Shown here: positions 9,878-18,364 of the stretch, in pieces | Numbering within the stretch: the stretch's first letter is position 1 | Layout: each line of letters opens with the position of its first letter | Origin: a virus | Length of the DNA: 64,000 nucleotides | Reading direction: 5' to 3' (one strand) | Virus genome (UHGV): UHGV-0038492 | The notes under the pieces: generated by a model | The model's database searches: none | The model's input: only the letters and a program-made list of their open reading frames with translations | What the model was told of the DNA's origin: nothing | Position numbers and translations under genes: made by a program

Positions 9878-10227
9878 AAAATTTGGCCCACTAGACGGGA
9901 AACCTCTAGTGCGTATCCCTCGAATTGCTGGGAACTCCTAAAGCTTACGATCCCGATAGGGTGGCGAAAGCCAGAAACAATTCGTAAGATAGCCTATGCT
10001 AACCAATAATGCTAAGGGTTGTGATAATGGATAACCAGCAGCGATGAAAATCGTTCAACGACTATCGAAAGGGTAAAACCGAGTAGAGTAGCTGCTTAGT
10101 TTAGCGGCGAAGTGGGGGAGACCTACGGGTAGCAATACCTACGGTTATGATATAGTCTGTGCCCATGTGAAAGCATGGGAGGGTGTCATTGCACACCTGC
10201 TCCAAAAGGAATGGAGTGGACAAACAG
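9878..10227 (+). ncRNA. group I self-splicing intron (no internal endonuclease ORF); boundaries approximate
   Basis: core elements in order: P 'gaattgctgggaa' (9922..9934), Q 'accagcagcg' (~10034), R 'gttcaacgactat' (10053..10065), S 'gatatagtc' (~10149); exon 1 ends in U, intron ends in G; downstream hairpins. Confidence 0.65.
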
Positions 10228-10467
10228 GATTTCGACGGCGACCAGTTACAGGTTAGACGTTTAGTTGATACCACGGAGATGGATTTAGCGCTGGCTTATC
10301 GTCCTGACAACGGATTTATGTCCAGCACAAACGTAGACGAAGTGTCTAGCAGCATGGTGTTACACAATGAGCTTATCAGCATGGAAAACCGTTTCTTACG
10401 CGATACCGAAGAAGATCTGGAGGCGGGTATCGCTATCGACTCAGAATTAATCTTAATGGCGGGGTAG
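10228..10467 (+). CDS. RNA polymerase beta-prime N-terminal subunit, exon 2, beginning with catalytic DFDGDQ
   Basis: 'DFDGDQLQVRRLVDTTEMDLALAYRPDNGFMSSTNV' aligns to '[32 protein letters not shown]'; no usable RBS or start codon for independent translation. Confidence 0.65.
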   Translation, partial: DFDGDQLQVRRLVDTTEMDLALAYRPDNGFMSSTNVDEVSSSMVLHNELISMENRFLRDTEEDLEAGIAIDSELILMAG

Positions 10468-10473
10468 TAAAAC

Positions 10474-11061
10474 ATGGGCATGTGGAATCTAGGCGGGTCT
10501 ATTTGGCAGCGTCAAGACGAAAATAGCGGTATGTATCGTTATTTCAAAGAGAACTTTAACCTGTCTAGTTTCGCACCGGATATGGTTGAACGCGTGAAGC
10601 AGAAGTGTAATGAACTGATCTCATTGCAACGTTTCCGCGAAATGTACGCAGCTGCGCGTAAGGTTCAGAATAGCGATGCAACGAATGTAGTAAGACAACT
10701 TGAAACTATCGGGCAATTCCAGTTTGCGAATGAGGCGTTACAACCGTTCTTAGTTGCAATGCCGGAATACCGACAGCTTTACAACAATAACATGGCGACG
10801 GGCTTTGAGAACGGCTACTCTAAGGTAGACCGATTCCGAGGCTCGGCGTACATGCACACTGACGATAACTATCGTGAAGTTACGTCAGGTATGTCAACGG
10901 AGTACGACGAGGATCGTATCTGGAACTGGGTATCCAACGAAGATCGCTCCAATCGACTTACTCGCGTTCAGCAAGTTGACATGCAGATTAACTGGGCACG
11001 TATGCGAAGTTTTGACTGGGAAGATGAAGATCCCTGTTCAGAACTTGGTGCGTCCTGCTAA
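10474..11061 (+). CDS. hypothetical protein
   Basis: 195-aa ORF followed by terminator. Confidence 0.5.
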   Translation: MGMWNLGGSIWQRQDENSGMYRYFKENFNLSSFAPDMVERVKQKCNELISLQRFREMYAAARKVQNSDATNVVRQLETIGQFQFANEALQPFLVAMPEYRQLYNNNMATGFENGYSKVDRFRGSAYMHTDDNYREVTSGMSTEYDEDRIWNWVSNEDRSNRLTRVQQVDMQINWARMRSFDWEDEDPCSELGASC

Positions 11062-11062
11062 A

Positions 11063-11092
11063 GTGAGGGGCTTCGGCCCCTTATTTTTTCTT
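11063..11092 (+). terminator. rho-independent terminator
   Basis: 'gaggggcttcggcccctt' followed by T-run. Confidence 0.7.
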
Positions 11093-11130
11093 AATTACGG
11101 CTCGAGCTATCAATGTGATAGGAGAGTAAG

Positions 11131-11514
11131 ATGGCTATTGCAGTAGGAACAGTTTCTACTCGCGGTTGGGCCAGAACTCCCCGCGAACGTATTCGTGAGG
11201 CAATGAATCACTATACAGAAGCAGGGTATAGCCAATCGCAGATTTATCAAGGGAATGTGCGTTCATTAGCAAAAGCACAGCAAATGTATGCACAAGATCC
11301 CGACGGTCTTGCTTCCAAAGTCAAATCTGACCTGACTGCTATCTACGGGAATATCTTCCCTGAAGGCGTTGAGGTCGAAACGAAATGGGAGTATCTCCCC
11401 GATACTGATGTTCGTTATCGTATCATTATTCAAGCTCGTGCGAAATCGGGCGGGATTTGGTACGATGTTGAACGGTATGTCGAAACTGAAACTTCAAGTA
11501 TTGAGGACGAATAA
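11131..11514 (+). CDS. hypothetical protein
   Basis: 127-aa ORF, GGAGAG upstream of ATG. Confidence 0.55.
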   Translation: MAIAVGTVSTRGWARTPRERIREAMNHYTEAGYSQSQIYQGNVRSLAKAQQMYAQDPDGLASKVKSDLTAIYGNIFPEGVEVETKWEYLPDTDVRYRIIIQARAKSGGIWYDVERYVETETSSIEDE

Positions 11515-11516
11515 AG

Positions 11517-12179
11517 ATGAGTCAAGAACCAGGAAAATTTAATGGGGTTCCTATTAATGAACTTTCTGGCCGCGCTAAATTCGAATACGATAAACTTCTG
11601 GAAATGGAGAGCGTACTCCAGCAAGGCCAGAATGTGTGCAGTGTTTTTACAGAATCGATGTTCCGTCGTCAAGGCTTACCTTTGTTGTCGGGGATGTTAG
11701 ACGGTACGTTTAACGAAGACACTTGGGTAGATTACGTCGGTAGCGCGTTTGTTCCGTTACAGATTGTTTCGGATGCTGACCATTCTAAACTGTTATTCAC
11801 TATCCCACCGTTGCTGAATACCGGTCGCTCTCTTCAACACGTTGAAGGTCAGCCCTCATTAACGGAGGAGACGGAAGCTATTCGCCAGACGGCCGATATC
11901 ATCTCCGAAGTGGGTGAGCAGCAGTTGCACCAGATGATCGATTACACGTTAGACGGCATCGAGAGACTGTCGTACGAAGAAAATGCACTGCGGGCAAAAA
12001 GAGTCATCGATCTCTTAAACTGGATTTTCCGTCGTTACCAAGTTAACGGTCAACTTCCTTATCCAGAAGGGTTGGAAGAACTTTGCAATCAGATTGAAGG
12101 TAAAAGTAAACCTGCTCAGGTTGTAGAGAAGAAACCTGAACCCGTTAAAACAAGACGTTTCGATGATTACGATTACTAA
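11517..12179 (+). CDS. hypothetical protein
   Basis: 220-aa ORF with RBS. Confidence 0.55.
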   Translation: MSQEPGKFNGVPINELSGRAKFEYDKLLEMESVLQQGQNVCSVFTESMFRRQGLPLLSGMLDGTFNEDTWVDYVGSAFVPLQIVSDADHSKLLFTIPPLLNTGRSLQHVEGQPSLTEETEAIRQTADIISEVGEQQLHQMIDYTLDGIERLSYEENALRAKRVIDLLNWIFRRYQVNGQLPYPEGLEELCNQIEGKSKPAQVVEKKPEPVKTRRFDDYDY

Positions 12180-13311
12180 TCCTCCGCCGAAACCTGCGGG
12201 CGTTAAACGTATCTTTTCAACAGGCGATGTACATCTCTTGCATCGCCGTGTACCGACGTGGCACATTGTTAATGTGTTGAAAGAGACGTTGGTGAAGTTT
12301 GAAAACACGATTGACGCTATTTATATAGCTGGTGATCTATTTGATGATTCCCGGCACTTGCGGCAGGAAGATTCTCAAGAAGCCATAGGGTTTTTAACTT
12401 GGTTGTTGTTCTGGGCTAAAAGCACCAATACGGCAATCCGTGTCCTGGAGGGAACACCGTCCCACGATCATAAACAGTCAAAAATTGTCGAGGAGCTGAA
12501 TTCAGCCGTTGGCGCAGATTGTTTGTATCTGGATAAGATTGGTGTTTTCTACGACGAGGCACTTGATGCTACGATTGGCTGGGTTCAGGACGAGTATAAA
12601 GCCCTAGGGTCGGAGACAATTGACGCCGCCGCAACGGAAAAGGAAATGGCTGAGCTTTTAGCCACGCGCGGTATAGAGCAGATGGACTTCTGCTTTATGC
12701 ATGGCTGTTTTCAGTTTCAAGTTCCTGTTGAGTCTACCCGTTTTTTCCACACTGATTTTTGGGAACCGTTAGTCAAGCATTTGATTATCATTCACCACGA
12801 TCATCGTCGAAAACAGTTGGGTAAGATTCGTGTACCAGGCAGTCCCGATCGTCTGGTAATGGGTGAAGAAGAGGACAAAGGCTTTGCTATTGTCGATTTC
12901 ACTCCTGAGTTGGCCAGAGATTATTTTCTGGTTAACGAACGCGCTTGCCCGCAAATAAAAATTGCGGCAGAAGAAGACTACGAATCGCAGTATGCGAAGT
13001 GTCTCAAGGCGTTAGAGTATATTGATACTCATCCGTCCTACGAGATAGGGCGGTTGGAAATTGAATATTATCCTGATTCTCCATTGGCCGAGGCCATTAC
13101 TAAATGGAAGTCGCAATATTCTTTCCATATTTCAGGCACGCGTATTCGTACGCCTGAAGAAGAGCAAGTTCTCGCAGCGGGTTTCGCTCTCGACGCTGAA
13201 GTCGAAGAAACTATCTCTGAAGAGAATGTTGAGTCGATTATGTTAGAAGCATTAGTGCCGTTTAAATACGATACACAAATTGTTACTGACATTATCAGGA
13301 GTATTAAATGA
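12163..13311 (+). CDS. SbcD/Mre11-like calcineurin-type phosphoesterase (putative nuclease)
   Basis: ordered motifs 'STGDVHL' (GDxH), 'AGDLFDD' (GDxxD), 'EGTPSHDH', 'MHGCF', 'HHDH'. Confidence 0.55.
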   Translation: MITITNPPPKPAGVKRIFSTGDVHLLHRRVPTWHIVNVLKETLVKFENTIDAIYIAGDLFDDSRHLRQEDSQEAIGFLTWLLFWAKSTNTAIRVLEGTPSHDHKQSKIVEELNSAVGADCLYLDKIGVFYDEALDATIGWVQDEYKALGSETIDAAATEKEMAELLATRGIEQMDFCFMHGCFQFQVPVESTRFFHTDFWEPLVKHLIIIHHDHRRKQLGKIRVPGSPDRLVMGEEEDKGFAIVDFTPELARDYFLVNERACPQIKIAAEEDYESQYAKCLKALEYIDTHPSYEIGRLEIEYYPDSPLAEAITKWKSQYSFHISGTRIRTPEEEQVLAAGFALDAEVEETISEENVESIMLEALVPFKYDTQIVTDIIRSIK

Positions 13312-14144
13312 CCCCAATCAGTGTTGATCGCACGTTTGGGTTTTATCAGATGTCAATTGCCACATCGTTGGCTTTTGAAGGGCTCCTCCATGAAGGAGAG
13401 TATGCCGACTGGAAGGGACCGATCCCTATCCACAAGTATCAGGAAATTTACCTGAATGTACGGACGCTGTTCCGTAACGCGTTTTACGCGTTTGAGACAA
13501 ATCGTGAAAGATTAACGCCTGAAGTGATGCTGGCATCGATTGAAGAAGATATCAATACTATCTACGCTACCGCGAAAGCGGTAGCGCCTTCGGTGCTATG
13601 TGTCCCTTATCTCTGTACGTACAAAAGTGCGAACAGAATCTTTCCCGAAGCGTCGTTCCGTACTATCGCAGGTGGGCAGGAAAAGATGACGCCTAACCAG
13701 TTACACTATAACGCGTTAGAACACGACACGTTAAAGTTGTACGGTGAAAAATATGCTGAGAAGTTCAAAAGCTTTGATGTATACCCGAAAGGGCAGCACG
13801 ACACGCTGATTTTAACCCATTACCCTGCCGACTTATTGGCCTACAAAGATTTCCCGTTACTGAATCTCTTAGAGTCGCACACGGGTAAGATTAAAGGCCG
13901 ATTAGAATGGTACACGAAACTAAACGGTAAACCCGAACAGATCCCGTTTAACAAAGCGTTCCTGACGTTATTTGGTGACGGGTATATGTTCGCTCCCCTG
14001 GACAGAAAAGTTCGTAAGGTGGTGTTAAATACCGCTGAAAAATATCACTGGCGACAAGACACGACGATGGATCGTATCTACAGTTGCTTAAAGTTGGTAA
14101 ACGAACCTTTCGTAATTGAGTTCCTTCACAGACTGGCTCGCTAA
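13308..14144 (+). CDS. hypothetical protein
   Basis: 278-aa ORF, GGAG upstream, start overlaps upstream stop. Confidence 0.55.
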   Translation: MTPISVDRTFGFYQMSIATSLAFEGLLHEGEYADWKGPIPIHKYQEIYLNVRTLFRNAFYAFETNRERLTPEVMLASIEEDINTIYATAKAVAPSVLCVPYLCTYKSANRIFPEASFRTIAGGQEKMTPNQLHYNALEHDTLKLYGEKYAEKFKSFDVYPKGQHDTLILTHYPADLLAYKDFPLLNLLESHTGKIKGRLEWYTKLNGKPEQIPFNKAFLTLFGDGYMFAPLDRKVRKVVLNTAEKYHWRQDTTMDRIYSCLKLVNEPFVIEFLHRLAR

Positions 14145-14202
14145 TTTTACAGAACGTTTTGTTAGTTTGAGCACTCCGAAAATGTAGAATAGGATAAAGT
14201 AA

Positions 14203-14844
14203 ATGGTTAACAAAAATTTCTTTAAAGAAAAATATCTTTACCCGCAAACCGAACCGGACCAGCAGGGCCGTACCCGTAAACTGGGTATTGAGCTTAACGA
14301 ATTCAACGGTGACGTTGAGCTGATGAAGTTCAGCTATTCTTTCGGTAAAGGCGAAGGTTTGTATTTTACTGCTGGCTATACCGTTTGTGTGGACATTTTC
14401 GAAACGCTCCGCACCGTGATGGTGAAACCAGAGAAAATCGTTTATAAATGGGAAGATGCTAAAGGGAAGAAATCGCCAGTTAGCCTGCACGTAGGCCGCG
14501 ATGAAAACCTGACGCCGTTCATGGCTATTAGCGGTGAGATCCCAGGGGTTGGCGCACGCCAGAAGAAATTCTACTTCACCTATCCGAAAGGTTATCGCGT
14601 ATTCCGTAATGGCCAACAGGTTTCTGATTTAGAACTGGCAGAACGTACTCTGCGTGCGTTTATTAAGAATGCTGATGTCTTCCTGGAAGATTTCCGTGAC
14701 AACTATAAACCTCGTGAGTTCAACAACACTGGTGGCGGTAGCTACGGTCGTGGTGGCTATAATAGCAACAACAACGGCGGTGGTTACAACCAGCAGGCAG
14801 CAAAAGCACCCGCACCAGACAGCAGTTTTGACGACATTATTTAA
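14203..14844 (+). CDS. hypothetical protein with Gly/Tyr/Asn-rich linker and acidic C-terminal tip; possible SSB-like protein
   Basis: strong RBS 'aggataaagtaaATG'; optimised codons; tail 'GGGSYGRGGYNSNNNGGGYNQQ...DSSFDDII' resembles SSB linker plus acidic tip. Confidence 0.55.
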   Translation: MVNKNFFKEKYLYPQTEPDQQGRTRKLGIELNEFNGDVELMKFSYSFGKGEGLYFTAGYTVCVDIFETLRTVMVKPEKIVYKWEDAKGKKSPVSLHVGRDENLTPFMAISGEIPGVGARQKKFYFTYPKGYRVFRNGQQVSDLELAERTLRAFIKNADVFLEDFRDNYKPREFNNTGGGSYGRGGYNSNNNGGGYNQQAAKAPAPDSSFDDII

Positions 14845-14863
14845 TTAACGTAAAAACAATAAT

Positions 14864-14895
14864 TCAGCCCCAGGGAATCCTGGGGCTTCTTATCG
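14864..14895 (+). terminator. hairpin terminator (weak T-tract)
   Basis: 'cagccccagggaatcctggggct'. Confidence 0.5.
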
Positions 14896-14921
14896 TGTAT
14901 GTGTGCAGAACACAGTCGAAG

Positions 14922-14958
14922 TTATCTTAGATAGATTTTATCTTTGTGGTCGACTATG
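14922..14958 (+). promoter_or_regulatory. phage promoter-like motif, copy 3
   Basis: 'ttatcttagatagattttatctttgtgg'. Confidence 0.4.
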
Positions 14959-14978
14959 TTATCCCTGGAGATTTTAAA

Positions 14979-16607
14979 ATGCGTATTGAGAAAAATCGCG
15001 ACCGTCTCATTATTAGTTACGGTGATAAGGAAGTAGGGTTTAACGGATTCCGTAATGGACGCAAAGATGCGAATGTGCCAGACGTACGCGATAGCTCCGG
15101 CAAAGTGGTTACCCATGACAAAATTATGTTCATGGAAATCGAACGTTATTGGTCAACGTTAACGTCGGAGGAAAAGGAAGAGTTATTCTCGGCGTACGAA
15201 GAGTTAGAAATGCTGGGTAATGAAGAACCCGAAACGATTCGTAAACATGCGCCAGAGATTGTTGCACAAATTGCCAAATTCCACCACGCGGACAGATTCC
15301 GCCAACTCTATCCACAAAGTTCCGTGTGGATTCCTCAAAACGTCCACGAAACTTACGAAGAAATGTCATCTAACTATCCGAAAGAGATGACGTATATCGT
15401 ACAAGACTACTACGAACTGGTCATACTGTCGCTGATGGTAAAACCGTTCATTCCGGTATTCTTGGTCATGGATGCTTTCCCGACAACACGCGCCGCTGTG
15501 GACTCTAAGCGGAAAAGCGTTTATAACTTAACCCATTGCATGGAATTGCTTTACGACACCGAGATAGCACAACTACCTGCAATCAGTAAATTGCGGGACT
15601 TCTTAGTGTCGGTGATTTCGAAAGTACAGGACGGTGGTAATAAAGGACCGAACAGTGCGAACTTAACGGTGCTGGCCTCTATCTGTGGTTACGGTACGGA
15701 TATGGTGGAAGAGTATATCATGGCATTCGCGGTGATTCGCTTAATCGCCATGAAACTCATCGGCGCAGAGTTACCTCCAGGCACGATGGTGGAGAACAAC
15801 ATCGTTGCGGGGATGTACTTTAATATCAAGCAGGAAATCGAAACAGGATTTGCAGGAAAGATTTCGTCACAGAACGTCATCTTAAAAGCGCATCCTGAAA
15901 AGATTATGTTTAACGGTGAGAAAGGGAAAACCTGTGCGATAGACTTGGTTCAGGCGCGTTCTAAAGCGCCAATGAAAGAGTTTGTTCGTACTCAAGAGTT
16001 TTTCAACGATTACCGTCGTGTGGTGCGTTCTTTAGGGATCGATATCGCCCCTGCGGATGCTAAGGTACTGATTGATTCTATTCACCTGAATCATCAATAT
16101 CCGTTCTACGAACTGTACGAGTGGCTGGTTGCAGCTGCACTGCATCGCTTTGCTGACCGCAGAACCTATAAGGACATTGACGCTGCTGCGTTTAAGAATG
16201 CAATGGGGATCGCACAAGCGATTTATATCTACTACGGAATGCATGAGATAGCACAGTTGCTAAGCTGTGAAATGGTCTTAGATCCCAATAACGGGGGCTA
16301 TCCAATCGAACCTATTGATAATGAGATCAAAATAAAATCGGATAGATTTTATCCTCAGGCATACCGTACCAATCGCAATATCTACGAACAGTCAACACTG
16401 AAGACGTCTTTGACGTTGTTGGTACGTGAACATATTGCACCGTTTAACTTCAATCTCAGGGCAACACCTGAAGCAGCAAGAATGCTTCGGAGTGGAGAAG
16501 TGATGTTAGGCTACACACCACACCCACGACTTCAGAACATGTTAGCAGAATTCCTGTTAATTCAGAACAGGAAGAAATGTGAAGAAGTGGCGTGGTTTAA
16601 TCAGTAA
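14979..16607 (+). CDS. hypothetical protein
   Basis: start moved to ATG (MRIEKN...) with GGAG 8 nt upstream; track start is 14946. Confidence 0.55.
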   Translation: MRIEKNRDRLIISYGDKEVGFNGFRNGRKDANVPDVRDSSGKVVTHDKIMFMEIERYWSTLTSEEKEELFSAYEELEMLGNEEPETIRKHAPEIVAQIAKFHHADRFRQLYPQSSVWIPQNVHETYEEMSSNYPKEMTYIVQDYYELVILSLMVKPFIPVFLVMDAFPTTRAAVDSKRKSVYNLTHCMELLYDTEIAQLPAISKLRDFLVSVISKVQDGGNKGPNSANLTVLASICGYGTDMVEEYIMAFAVIRLIAMKLIGAELPPGTMVENNIVAGMYFNIKQEIETGFAGKISSQNVILKAHPEKIMFNGEKGKTCAIDLVQARSKAPMKEFVRTQEFFNDYRRVVRSLGIDIAPADAKVLIDSIHLNHQYPFYELYEWLVAAALHRFADRRTYKDIDAAAFKNAMGIAQAIYIYYGMHEIAQLLSCEMVLDPNNGGYPIEPIDNEIKIKSDRFYPQAYRTNRNIYEQSTLKTSLTLLVREHIAPFNFNLRATPEAARMLRSGEVMLGYTPHPRLQNMLAEFLLIQNRKKCEEVAWFNQ

Positions 16608-16640
16608 TTTATCGGCATAACCTAAAGGAGTATTTACAAA

Positions 16641-18344
16641 ATGGCAATGAAACTTCTAAAGCTTCAAATCAACCCAGTGTACGAAATCCCTAAACAGATT
16701 CGTCGTCGTATTGGGTTCTTTGAATCTAAGTACGCTTTAGATGAACTCGTAAACGTTGTGGCGCAACATGGCGAGAATGCGACCAAGACTCGAGATTATC
16801 AAGAAGCGTTAGGGCAGATTGTAGGGTTTGATAATACTCCGACCGGTGTTGAATCTCCGCTGATTAACGTAAGCGATGATGAATCCCGTCCGGTACAATT
16901 CCAGTATAATTCCCGTGACACTGGCGTGTATAACTTCGTTGCGATTATCGTAGGTAACGTGATTAACGAATGTCGTACGCAAGAAACCCGTTATGTTGTC
17001 TCGGGTTATACCTCCCAGGCAGAGCGCTCCGTATTTAACCACCTGCCAGATGACATGGTGTTATACATCAATGAAATCTACGGCTTGCAGTGTACGTACA
17101 TTACCGATGCGTTCGGGGGACGTCGTATCAACCCAGATTCATTCCGTCTGGTTGATAACTACGTGCTGTCTAAAACATTGACAGCGGATAGCTACAGTGA
17201 GCACACTATCGATGCGATCTCTACTGCAAAAGCAGCATCCACGATTCGTAATCTGATTAACGCAGGTGAGAAGTTCACTTACGATGACCAAACGGTTATC
17301 TCTGCGAACTGTCAATCCGCACCGCAGCTGATGTCTGGTCAACTGACTCGTCCTGAGTCTTTCGTCACAGCGATTGCTAACTCTTTCATCAACACGATGG
17401 GGATTGAAACAGAACTGAGCACGGTAGACAGCTTCTTTGCAGGTGACCATTCTCTCGGTGTAGAATCCGAGCTGAACCAAATCGGGGTAATGCGCAATTT
17501 CAATAACTACGAACTGATCCGTGCTTTCCGTGCCGCGTTAACGAACGCGACGTCGGATGTGACTGGTGGTTGGAACGCAGTCAACCGCGCAGCGTTTAAG
17601 TTAGCTGATTTGCGTAACGCAATCATGAACCCGCAAGATTTGGATATTGCGATTTCGCAATCTCTAGCGGTAGCTGACCGCCGTGGTTTCGGTGAGATTG
17701 AACGTACCGATGATTGGGTAGGACGTAATAACTATTCTACCCAAGGTTCTCTGGTTGCGTTTGATTTGGCGATGGTACTCGGTCCAATCGTGTCCCGTAA
17801 CTTGATTGGTGAGATTACTTTCTTCTACGATAACCGCATGGCGGATATTTCCACGCAACCGATGCTGCAAGTTGCTCACCACACAGTCGGCGCGTTAACT
17901 GATGAAGGTTTGCCAGATGTATTAGCACGTCGTTTCATGAGCGATCTCCAGGGTTTGATGCTACAAGTGACCAAACACAACCGTATTCGTTGCTGCATGA
18001 CAGTAACTTGTATCGTTGGTGTGGTAACGCGCATTGAGATTGAACTCGATGGTGAGATGCCTGAGTATTACACCTTTGCATCGTTCATGAAAGCGCGTAT
18101 CCATAGTGGGGTGACAACTGATCTTAACTACACCAATCAGTTGGCTGTCGAAACGGCACAGCTGATGAATAAAGTAGAAGAAGGTTATCAGGAATTCAAC
18201 CGTGGACAAAACCGGACTAATATCCTGTCCAACATTCCTACGGCAGCGGCTGCGCCTACCAATAGCTTCGGTTCTTTCGGTAGCTTTGGTGCTCCTGACA
18301 ATACTTCCACCACAGGCGGTCTATTCGGCGCTTTCGGCGAGTAA
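16641..18344 (+). CDS. hypothetical protein with FG-rich C-terminal tail
   Basis: 567 aa; RBS 'aaaggag'; tail '...APTNSFGSFGSFGAPDNTSTTGGLFGAFGE'. Confidence 0.6.
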   Translation: MAMKLLKLQINPVYEIPKQIRRRIGFFESKYALDELVNVVAQHGENATKTRDYQEALGQIVGFDNTPTGVESPLINVSDDESRPVQFQYNSRDTGVYNFVAIIVGNVINECRTQETRYVVSGYTSQAERSVFNHLPDDMVLYINEIYGLQCTYITDAFGGRRINPDSFRLVDNYVLSKTLTADSYSEHTIDAISTAKAASTIRNLINAGEKFTYDDQTVISANCQSAPQLMSGQLTRPESFVTAIANSFINTMGIETELSTVDSFFAGDHSLGVESELNQIGVMRNFNNYELIRAFRAALTNATSDVTGGWNAVNRAAFKLADLRNAIMNPQDLDIAISQSLAVADRRGFGEIERTDDWVGRNNYSTQGSLVAFDLAMVLGPIVSRNLIGEITFFYDNRMADISTQPMLQVAHHTVGALTDEGLPDVLARRFMSDLQGLMLQVTKHNRIRCCMTVTCIVGVVTRIEIELDGEMPEYYTFASFMKARIHSGVTTDLNYTNQLAVETAQLMNKVEEGYQEFNRGQNRTNILSNIPTAAAAPTNSFGSFGSFGAPDNTSTTGGLFGAFGE

Positions 18345-18364
18345 AAAATATCAAGGATTAATAA

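Noticed and set aside
10183-10467. Independent 94-aa ORF starting at GTG 10183
   Set aside because: The GTG overlaps a G-rich stretch with no spacer and no usable RBS, and the peptide opens directly into the catalytic DFDGDQ motif. It is better explained as exon 2 of the intron-containing beta-prime gene.
14654-14848. 64-aa alternative-frame ORF
   Set aside because: It is entirely inside the 3' end of gene 14203..14844 in another frame, with no RBS; a product of the Gly/Asn-rich repeat region.
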